In this document: in pieces, positions 25,135 through 35,294 of the stretch | Layout of the letters: every line of letters starts with the position of its first letter | Numbering within the stretch: position 1 is the stretch's first letter | Assembly: GCA_003427395.1 (NCBI GenBank) | Contig: BFEA01000017.1 | Location: 5,270,347 to 5,334,346, forward strand | Reading direction: 5' to 3' | DNA from: Chara braunii | Lineage: Eukaryota; Plantae; Charophyceae | DNA length: 64,000 bases | Program-made: the position numbers and the translations under genes | The notes under the pieces: model-generated | The model's input: the letters and a program-made list of their open reading frames with translations, nothing else | Database searches by the model: none | What the model was told of the DNA's origin: nothing

Positions 25135-27108
25135 CTGGAACTGTGTGGAATTTTTTGTAGGAATCTGAATACGTATAGGATTTTCTCCCACGCTCGCTCT
25201 ACCACGCGGATATGGTACTTTTCAATTTGAATTAGCTGTAACTGTTTTGGTGCCCTTTTGCCTCCGCGTCGGCGCCATGCATGCGAGCCTCCCCTCACCG
25301 CTTCCCACGCTGCCTTAGACACTCTTCTTCGCGCTCACGCTGCTTCTCTCTCTGTAACCGTTTTCCATCTCTCCTTCGACCTTGCGCGCCTTTTCTCTCC
25401 TTCCTGATTGTCTGAATCTTGGTTCCGTTTCACGCTATTCTTCACGTTCTTCTTCTTCCCGCTCTAATCCCCGCGCTGAAATACCCTGTCGACACCCCCC
25501 CCCCCCTCTTCACTCCCTGTAGCCAAGGAGATGCGCCGTGTAAGAAGGAAAATCCTGACACACGGCAATTCTGATTGGCTACATGGCTTTCGTCAGGCGA
25601 ATATCCCTGAGCCTTTCCCTACTCCCTGTCTCAGTCCTAACCCTTCCTAGCGTCTATCTTCTTTTCCACAACTATAAATTCCGCAAGTGCTCCCGAAAAT
25701 CTCTCTCTCGACTCATCAGCCCGCTTCCGGGAAGCTGTGGCTAGGTGGTATGAAGGAAGGTGCGAGTCGAAAAGTCCCGACGAGCTGGCTGTAGTTTTAG
25801 CGCTCGTCATGCTGGATCGCCCGACGAACTGTGGGATCCGAGCAGGGCCGTGTAGAGACTAAGTCGGCGGGTTGACGATCGCTATGGTGGATTGGCACGT
25901 GACGGTTGGGATCGTCAGTGCAAGTGAGACGTTCGAGTCGGAAGTGAGTGAGTGCATGGCCTAGGGCTATGGTGGAATTTTATGGCAGAAGTGCTTCCCT
26001 TTTTTGTCCCAAACTTTGTATCTTCGAGTGTGAATTTTGATCGCTCGGCTTTTAAGCCAGAACTTCCCTGGACAAGATTGCCTGACATTTTGTGATTGCT
26101 TTCTACTCGTTCTTCCCTCCTGGTCTGCGTCCATACTCTCTCTCTCTCTCTCCTCCGGTCACATTATATCGCAATTGGTGAATTATGGTAACCTTGCTTC
26201 TCTCACTTCGGTATGTGCATGCGGTGAGTCGTGTTAGAGAGTTTGTTATAGCATGATTGTAAGGACGATTGGCTGATCGGCTGGATGATCTGGTTGCCTG
26301 GAGTGTCAAACGAATGATGTATGATTAAAATCTGTTTTGAGCTTGCCTTTGCTGCCATGTGGACTGACGGCCCCAACCCGACCGGGCGCCAACTTCCCAT
26401 GCCCCCGCCGCGCCCCTTCCTGTACAACGTGGAAAGGATACGTGTATGCGAGTGGGACGTACGAGAAGCCGTCGCCAAGATCGGAGGGCTCCCGAAACTC
26501 GGTGTTCTGGATTCGTCGGTGCGTTTTTTTTCATCATCGATACGCACTTTCCGCCCTATTCGTTGTTGTTGCCATTCGACGAACTGATCGTCGTCCCGAG
26601 GACGGCAGTGGAGCCCCATTGGCCTAACACGCTGTGCAGCGATTGTTGCCACGTTGAGCGTTACCAGGCGAAGGGTTTTCACTACCGCACGCGTGGCGAG
26701 AACGAGCACAAGGAAAAGGCTGCTCGATTGAGGCCCTCCACGTCGGACTCGGAGTTGTGTAACGAGTGCCGACGAGACCTCATCCGAAAACGGGATACTA
26801 GGTGTGTACCCACACCCTTTCACACGAAACGAAGAGCGACGGCTCGCTGGGAAGTCCAGCAATACTTTTTTTAGATTGAATTTCCCATAGTTGCGAGTCC
26901 CGTGCGCGCCTTTTTCTCCCTTAAAACCCGCGCGGCGACGGACCTTCTTCTTACTACAGTCGGACCAACACAGGGATTTCAGCTCTGTCTATGTCCCCGC
27001 ACTCAATTTTCCAAAAATTCTTGGCACACCCCATCTTTGCTGCCCTTCCCCGGGCCCCCTTCCGCAATTCAAAACCCTCCGACCGGCAAGCAGCGCAGGG
27101 CGTGAGGT
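25135..27108 (+). repeat. 5' LTR (first ~0.5 kb missing)
   Basis: Colinear with ~35815-37894. A hand count gave 13 mismatches in one 150-nt sample, mostly transitions. Confidence 0.92.
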
Positions 27109-27120
27109 TGGTATCGGAGC
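27109..27120 (+). promoter_or_regulatory. Primer binding site for initiator tRNA-Met
   Basis: TGGTATCGGAGC, one mismatch from canonical TGGTATCAGAGC, directly after the 5' LTR. Confidence 0.9.
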
Positions 27121-27244
27121 GGACACGTGTCGGTCTTGACGTTAGTAAGACGAGCTGGCGAGAGGAAGACCAGCCAACCGATCTAATCGGCAGAGTCCTC
27201 CAGTTACCCGACAAAGGTCCACCGAAACTCAACCAGAAATACCC

Positions 27245-28500
27245 ATGGCTGATGCTAATGGAGCGCCTCCTCGGGTGATTTTTAGCATCCTCGCCACCTT
27301 TCCATTTTACCCCAATCATACCCATCCTGAGGCATGGCTCGAAGTCGTGCAAGCTCAGGGATATGGCGAAGAGGATCTTCCTCGTGTCATCACCTTGCTT
27401 CTCCGAAACACCGCTCATGATTGGTTTAGAAGACATAGGTGGTTAGATTGGGATACCTTCAAGAGAGCGTTCCTAGCAAGATTCGACGAAGTAAGTGAGG
27501 ATGCTGCATGGTTTGTGTTGCAAACTCGACCGCAGGAATGGTTTGTGTTGCAAACTCGACCGCAGGAATCCGGAGAGTTGCTGCCCGACTTAGTGGACCG
27601 GTTTCAAACCCCCTAGACAAATCAGGGCGAGAAGAAAACTTTGCTCGAGATTTGTTCATCGATCATCTCCGTAATCCAGTGTTGAAAGCAAAGCTGCAAA
27701 AAAAGGTTCCCCCAAAAACGAACCAGCTACCGGTCATCATTGCTAAAGCACTTGAACTCGACTTGATGGATACCCGCAAATACATCAGTCAGGGGGACAA
27801 AGACATCTCCGACACGATACAGGATGTCGCCGCCAAACGACGTTCGTGGCTCAGAGCGGTGGGGCGATTCTACCCTCGCCCTGATCACGACTATCACGAC
27901 GGACACTTGCCGTATCCCTCCCCTCATCTCCTGTCTTCTGCCCCTCCCCTCCCTCCCAAGATAGCGCCTGTGAACACCGTCTTGCCCCAGGCTGCGCCAT
28001 TACTTATCACTAACCTGTATCTAGCCTAGATGATTCATACCGCCACAACTAAACAATCTGAGTGGATGAACAATCTAATACAGATGCAAACTTCTCAAAT
28101 GGATCGATTTGAACAAATCATGACGAAACTGATAAAGGCTAACTCAAGTTCTCCGCGTCCCGCTCCTTCTTCGTACCCCATGCTGACTGCTCCTCCTGCC
28201 CCCGGCCAGGCGCCTACAACTCTGAATCAGGTGGTCAATCAAGCAAGAAGGGTTGAATGCTACAACGGTAAGCAACCCAGACACTTCACACGAAACTGCC
28301 CCCAGCCAAGGCGTAACCAACCCCCGCCGGCAGCCGCGCCTATCGCCTTGAATCAAGGACGGGTAGCTGCACTGTTAGAAGCCATAAGAAAAAGGAATCT
28401 GGCCTTCTCCTTACAGAGCCATCGACTGAACCCATCGCATCCACTTCGGGATCATCTTCCGAGGCGGCCGATGTTGTTGATCCGACAGAGTACCTCCAAC
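27245..28500 (+). pseudogene. gag: gag (disrupted)
   Basis: Retrotrans_gag-like LLRNTAHDWF...WDTFKRAFLARF; degenerate CCHC knuckle CYNGKQPRHFTRNC at 28258-28299; in-frame 30-bp duplication (WFVLQTRPQE x2). Confidence 0.85.
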
Positions 28501-28899
28501 TAGTGGGACTAATCGGAGCGATCCGACCTGGCAAAGACGAACTTGAATGGGTGGAACGAGGATCAGAACTCGGTCCTCAGTTTCGAACAGGAGAGATCGA
28601 CGTTCTTCAGACACTCAAACACTTGGAAATCGAGTCCCTGTCCCAGTGGGCCATCTGCTGACCATATCAGAAGCAGCGAATGACAAACTTCTTCAACAGT
28701 GCCAGAAAAATCAGAAGTGCTTTACGTACCAACGCATTCAAAAGATGCTGGAGAAGAAGAAGGACGACGAGGCAGAAGTAGACTCTCCTCTATCGGAACC
28801 GATACCCACCTTAACCATGCCCGACGCGCTCGAGACTGCTCGAGTCGCCACCATTTCGTATGTAGAGAAAGATTACTTCGTTCGAGTTCGATCTGTTAT

Positions 28900-31610
28900 A
28901 TGGAAAAGTGCGGAGTGTGATTGAGAGGTATGGGGAAAGCCGTTCAATGCCCTCGTTGATACCGGATCGTCTGCAGTAGCGATATCCTTGGAAACCGTTC
29001 GAAAAACTGGACGATTGAATTTGATCCTTCCCTTACTCGGGAAAGACAACTACGTCTCTGCAGACGAAGACACGATGAACATAGTCGGGATTATTGAAAA
29101 CGTAGTCGTCAAGGTAGGACGAGTACATGTCCTGGTTAACGCATTAGTAATCGATGTATAGTCATACTCGGTACTGTTGGGATTACCTTGGGTGATGGCT
29201 GTGGGTGCACGAATACATTTCGACTCCAAGCAGCTCGTCCTTACACATACTGGAGGAAAGCCTCAGACGGTTCCACTACGAGTCTCCACTCGACCACCAA
29301 GAAAGACTCTCAATCTCACGCGAATAGGAATGATCCAAGTCCCGAGTCCAGAGGAGTCGTCCGAAAGCGGTGACGAGGACCGACACCTGTCCGATGATGA
29401 CGGGTATGACGAGCGAGATTACGACGAACTGTTATCTTACATGCCTACTGAAAAGGAATGGAGCCGGTTAGTCGAGCTGTTCAGTCACAAGGCTAAAGAA
29501 GAGTTCCAGATAAATCCGACTACTACTAGGACATTTGATCTGAATACAGAGGATAGCCAGACGGGCCCTGCTTTGCCTTTATCCCTGCGTGCACCAAGAG
29601 AAACTCAGATTTCAGTATCATCTTTCCTGGGAGAACCTATCTTGCAAATTTCGGATATGGCTGACCTCTTGGAACCCCCTCGAACCTTGTACGAAGGCGT
29701 GCTTTCATTACGAGAAAGGTATCAACAAATGGATCAGCACTTGGATTTTTTCGTCTCCCCGCCCAGGCCATTGCTCACGCAAAGTGTTGTGATCTCGCTA
29801 ATTAGGCAGGAGGCCGAAGCTCTGATTAGTGATGTTCCCAATCTGATGCAGGAAATGACTGAGCTAACGGGGTTGGGAATAGCCGCAAGCACCAATGACC
29901 TCGAGACCGATTCCGAAATTAAGGAAACCGAAATGATTAGCCCGACCGAATCACAAATGCTTGCTACTGTTTTTTCGGCCCGCACCAGCAGCTTCATGTT
30001 CTCCAGCGTAGAGGGGAGGCAACTGATAAAACCAGGTCAGATCGACGTACGGCTGAACCTTTTCGAACGATCAACGATCACCTTACCTGGTTACGTTCCC
30101 CGAGAAATTCGCCAGTCTTTGATTGATGTGTTGCATGGATATGTTGAGGTATTGAGTGTGCATGATTGTGATATTGGGTTGCCAAGTGTGATCGAACACG
30201 CGATCCTCACAGGGGATCATCCACCAATTAGCTGCGCCCCCTATCGATACTCTCCGGCGCAACGACGAGCTGCGTTCCAGAGAGTAAAGGAGTTTGAAGC
30301 TAATGGGTGGATCGAACCCGCCATCGGACCATGGTCGTTTCCTGTGGTGATTGTACCGAAGAAGGCGGGAGGGATTTGTATATGTATTGATTACCGGAAG
30401 TTGAATGATATCACGATTAAGGACTTGTACCCCCTCCCCCGGATTGACGAGTTGTTGGATGCTATTGGTGGTGCTCGATTTTTCAGCAAGTTTGATGTTC
30501 GTCATGGATTCCACCATCTCCTAGTTCGAAAGGAAGATCGCCCGAAGACGGCGTTCGTTCTTTTCGAAGGGACTTGGCAATGGATTTGATGCCCGATGGG
30601 AATCTGCAACGCCCCAGCCACGTTTTAGCGCGCGATGAATATGACTTTTCAGAACTTCGTGCGAAAAACGAGGCTGGCGCAGAGCGTTATTAATTATTGT
30701 GTGATCGTATACATGGATGATATCCTTGTGTATTCGAGTTCCTACGAAGGACATGTGCAACACATTGAATGGACGCTGCACGCACTGAAGGACGGTGGAT
30801 TCAAGGTGTCCCTCGAGAAATGCCAGTTTTTCCTCGCAAAGATTTCCTTTCAAGGCCACGTGGTTACGGACAAGTGGTTGCAACCGGAACCGCAGCAGGT
30901 AGCCGCGGTGAAAGACGCGCCGGTGCCGACGTCACTTACACAAGTATGCGCCTTTTTGGGACTAGCCTCGTACTATCGGAAGTTTATCAAGGGATTTGCA
31001 GCGATCGTGGGACCACTCACAAACTTGTTGAAAAAAAATCAGCCGTTGATTTGGACCCTGCATTGCGATCAGGCCTTTCGAGAACTTAAGGGGACTCTGA
31101 TCTCGGCCCCGGTCGTTATAAGACCGGACCCGGAAAAGCCTTTTGTTCTCATCGTCGATTGGCAGCCCGAGGCGATCTCAACGATCTTGGCCCAAGTAGG
31201 ACCTGATGGCCTGGAACACGTGGTGGAAGATGCGTCTAAATCGGTACCTTCCTGCAAGAGGAATTACTCCGCTTCAGCGGGGGAATGCTACGCGGCCTTG
31301 TGGGGAATCAGTCACTTCCGGGCTTACTTATATGGCCGAAATTTCACATTCGTGACTGATTATGAACCACTGTTGGCCCTGAAGAAGTCCAAGGACTACT
31401 CGGGTATGATCGGGCGATGGGCTACCACATTGCAGAGCATGGATTTTGACATTCGTCATCGGAAACACGAGAAACATGACAATGTGGATGGGCTGACACG
31501 GTTGCATCGACCCGGCAAGGTACCCAAGAGTGAGGAAGTGACACTGTGGCACGATCCGGAACCAAAGAACGAGCCCTAGTACGGTGAGGTGGAGATCCTT
31601 CTGAAGGATT
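28900..31610 (+). pseudogene. pol: pol: protease, reverse transcriptase, RNase H (disrupted)
   Basis: DTG at ~28958; WSFPVVIVPKK, CIDYRKLN, YPLPRIDELL, YMDDILVYS, FLGLASYYRKFI, FVTDYEPL. Confidence 0.93.
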
Positions 31611-31743
31611 AGGTGGACACGAGCCCTCTCTCTCTCTCTCTCTCCATTCCCTGGAACAATGGCGACCCCTCCTTCGGCTCCCAACACCACTGACTCCCCT
31701 CCTTTTCCGCATTTGGAATTTTTCGCCAATCTTCCGGACGTTT

Positions 31744-31905
31744 TGCTATTTTTGCACGTGTATTTCACGACTTTATGGGGTAGACTGCTATCCCTTTGAA
31801 TCGGGGTTCACTGACTGGGTAGGGTGTGCCACGTGTGTTAATCGTGTTAATGGCGCATGCGTTCGCTATCGAACGAGTAGTAAGGCATGGAAGTGCCCCC
31901 TGTGT
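31744..31905 (+). other. PHD-finger-like domain between RNase H and integrase
   Basis: The frame starting at 31741 reads FCYFCTCISRLYGVDCYPFESGFTDWVGCATCVNRVNGACVRYRTSSKAWKCPLCR. This fits Cx2C...WxxCx2Cx4(H>N)x2C...WxCPxC. Confidence 0.8.
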
Positions 31906-32036
31906 CGGACGGACAAGCTCCTCACGGAAGTTTGATTCGAGGCCGCCAAAACTGACGGCCCCGAATACGACGAAAAAACCGAAGGGCTGAAGTATGAACG
32001 GATAAAATATTACTGGCTAAATTAGCGGGTCAACCA

Positions 32037-33363
32037 TTGGACCATCTCACTAAGCATGATAGGCGCCGGGCCACCGAGAGATCTCGAGATTATCGATGGA
32101 TCATCGGTCATTTGGAAAAACGCAAAACAGACGGATCAGGATTATGGTTGACGGTTCCACACCCGTTTCAGCGATATGACTGGACCAAATCTGCGCACGA
32201 GGAGCAGGCCGCTCATTTCGCGTGTCGCTGAAGCGACCATTGATCAGAATCGATGGTTTTGGTCTAATATTCGCGATGACGTGAGACACGTGGTCACTAA
32301 CTGTTCAGTCTGCGCTACCGATCGTGCGCCCCTTCGTGGGCCTAACACGATAACCCTGACGGAGGTAGAACGTCCTTTCCAGCGAGTTAGTATGGAAATG
32401 ACAGGTATTGACGTGCCACCTGGCCCCAACCGTTGTGAGTACTCCATTCTCTTGGTATTGATCGACCATTTCTCGAAGTACATCGAAGTTTACCCCTATA
32501 AGACACGTAAGGCCTCAGAGATAGCTACATACATCGACCAATTCCTTAATACCCATCTAGATACAAAAGAGATTCTGACCGACAATGGGTCTGGATTCAA
32601 AGCAGAAGTAGAGGAATTATTAATGCGTCGTGGCGTTACTCTCCGACACACTGCTCCCCATGTCTCCCAGTCCAACGGGCTGACCGAAAACGCGAACCTC
32701 ATGATTAAGACCGCTCTCCGCAGGAACTTAGCAGCCAATGACACGTGTCTTTGGCCCGAGATAGTGTATCAAATCATCGGGATTCATCGGGCGACCCCCC
32801 ATGAATCCACTGGATTCGCCCCCTTTCAGCTAGGAATGAATAGTATCCCATGCGTTGATAATCGGAGTGCCTCGGAAAGTGTCGAGAACGGGGGAAGGGA
32901 CACGTGGTCGGCCCTCAAGGCCAAGGCTAAACGGTACGAGGAGCTAATGGAAAAGGTTATCCCCAGGCTAGCCCGAAAAAGGCAAAAAATGACCGAACTG
33001 GCCCACGGTAGGCAGGTCCGTGGTTACGAGGCCCGAAATGGGAATGCAGGCCCACAACACCAGTATAAATTAGGGGACCTAGTGCAGGTATGTAAATGTG
33101 CACGCGACTGGAAACTCGCTCCCAAGTTTTCTGGCTGCTTTCGAGTAGTGGAATTCGGCCCTAACGGAGCCCATACTGTGCGCATCGCCCTTGAGACCAG
33201 CGCCAACCATAGCTCTCTTCCCATCGTCCGCCATACCTCCTAACTTTGCCCCCTCCCACCTTCATGGGACCCTATCTCGCCTTCGCCTTCTTTGTCTAGC
33301 ACAGACGAGGATCTAGTTTCCCCTTCTTCGTCTGGTAACACTTCTCCTCGGTCTTCGCCATGA
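32037..33363 (+). pseudogene. Integrase (disrupted)
   Basis: AHEEQAAHF...CSVC zinc site, FQRVSMEMTG (first Asp appears as Glu), ILTDNGSGF, SNGLTENAN, KLAPKFSGCFRVVE. TAA at 33241 looks like a mutated CAA; the frame then runs to TGA at 33361-33363. Confidence 0.9.
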
Positions 33364-34954
33364 GTTTCGTCATTGAGCCGGCTCTTCCCCCACAACTTCT
33401 TCAGCCTCGACCTTCTTTGCAGTTTCGCCAAGTCGCGCATCCTCGTCTCAGTCCCGATCTCCTCCGGTTCGCGCAGCTGTTTAGTCACGGGGCTTGGTGT
33501 GCGGCGGTAGAAGTAACAATTTCAACGGAGCAGGGAGCAGTAGTCATCCTGGTGGAAGCTTCGGCGTTCGATCGATTCTCCCGACCTAACCACAGCGACG
33601 TAATGCGCCTTCAGTGGCGATCTATGCACCATCCACTTGCAGCAGCGCAACGCGGTGATCGCCAACCTCTACGAGTGGGGACAAGAGTGGGTAGGGGATT
33701 GGCGGCGGTGACTAGCCCGACCAAGTCGGCAAATAGTTGGAACCGAGTGTATTGATACCTTCTCTCTTCGGACTAGTAGCACTGAGCCCCCTGCTCGTCC
33801 CCTTCCCCTTCTTTGTCCTTGTCCATTGCGCCGACCTTCTCCCTCCCTTGAGATCTTCCAACTCTCTGTGAAGTGTCACTGGGCTCGGTTCCCTTCTCAC
33901 TTTGGAGATTCGCCACGCCACGATCCCTCCTTTCCATCCTCTTTACCTTCACAAGTGGACTGAATTTGCGCCAGTCAGCGTATGCATGCTAACAGTGAAG
34001 TGTCACTGGGCTCGGTACTACAGCAATCGGGAGTTAGAGATCTACAACGAGATCTCGCTAGTACTAGCTCAAGCATGGCTGACGGAGACGAAGACGTGTG
34101 GCACTTTGTTTGGACTTCTTTGCAGAGAGATCGCTGAAGGAGGTAGAGCGACTATCGCCTACGAGCTCCTCACCTTTCTGTTCCAGCTCGTCGACGACCT
34201 GCCAGCGAGTATCATCTCCTTCAATCCCAGTGACCCCAGCCAAGTCGAACCCGTCACTTCGGAGAGGACGTTGACACCAACCATAATTTGGGCAAACTCT
34301 ACGGAAGACTTCGGCCAATACCTGAGCGATCACGACCCCGCAGTTTGGCGCTATTTGGACTTGGATGATCTTGCGCTGGACAACTCCGATCTGGACGAGT
34401 TTTGGAACGCCCACCGGGCACACGGCGAGGTGCCGTCAGACGACGACCCAGGTCGCATAGCCATCGCGCGTCTGTCACCTGAAGAAGAGTCGGAACCCAG
34501 GTCGACGTCGAAGGAAGAAGAGGAGGCCCCGCCAGCCCAAGTACCATCCACTGCGCGAGGAGGATCTGCTCTGAATCCCGAAGTCCCTGCCGACGCTGCC
34601 AGTCGACACGATGGCGCAAAATCCTCCCGCCGCCCTCCCGCCGCCGCCGTCGTTCTGGCTCACCATCTCCTACCTCCGCCACCCCCTCCGTGCTTCGTCC
34701 CCGTCCTCCTCCCCGCACGGGCGCTCCGTCCTCGTCCGATTTACCACCGCCCTCTTGATTACCTCTCCTTTTCTCCTCTTCCCCACATCGAGTTCCCTTT
34801 AAACTACTGCATTTTCGCCAACCAGCTCTTCTGTCACCACTTTGCTGTGCGACTCTTATGCACGATCTTCCCTCATCGCTCCACGTCATTCCCCCTCAAC
34901 ATCCTTCTCTTCAGTGTCGCCTGGAGACAGTATAACCATATGGAGTTGTACTGA
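33360..34954 (+). CDS. Accessory ORF(s) downstream of integrase, function unknown
   Basis: ORFs 33360-33755 (131 aa) and 33902-34954 (350 aa) lie between INT and the PPT. The ATG at 33360 overlaps the integrase-frame TGA. Confidence 0.55.
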
Positions 34955-35280
34955 ATCATCTCCGGAACCTTTCCCGCAGTAGAGGACTATGAGTCCCTAT
35001 GCGATAATATCCTCCGCACTATCCCTACCCTTTATCCCGACTACCTCCTTTCCCTCTCCCGACCCAACCATCAATTCCCGCGAGCGCACTAAATCGTCCA
35101 CTTTGTCGATCTCGGGGACGAAGCATCCGATTACTTCTCTCCGCTCCCTGCTGAATGGCCTAGACCCCTCCACAACCCTCTCCTCCTTAGCTACCGCCGA
35201 TCGGGCGTTCAGCAACCAAGCAGGGTCAGCCAAGATCGTCGAGCTGTGATGGTGCCATCAAGATGACCTTTGTCGACCTA

Positions 35281-35292
35281 AAGGAGGCAGGG
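35281..35292 (+). promoter_or_regulatory. Polypurine tract
   Basis: AAGGAGGCAGGG, 2 nt before the TG that starts the 3' LTR. Confidence 0.7.
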
Positions 35293-35294
35293 CA

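Noticed and set aside
34740-35233. Possible antisense ORF before the PPT
   Set aside because: It needs read-through of at least three stops and may just mirror the sense frame; one copy is not enough to support it.
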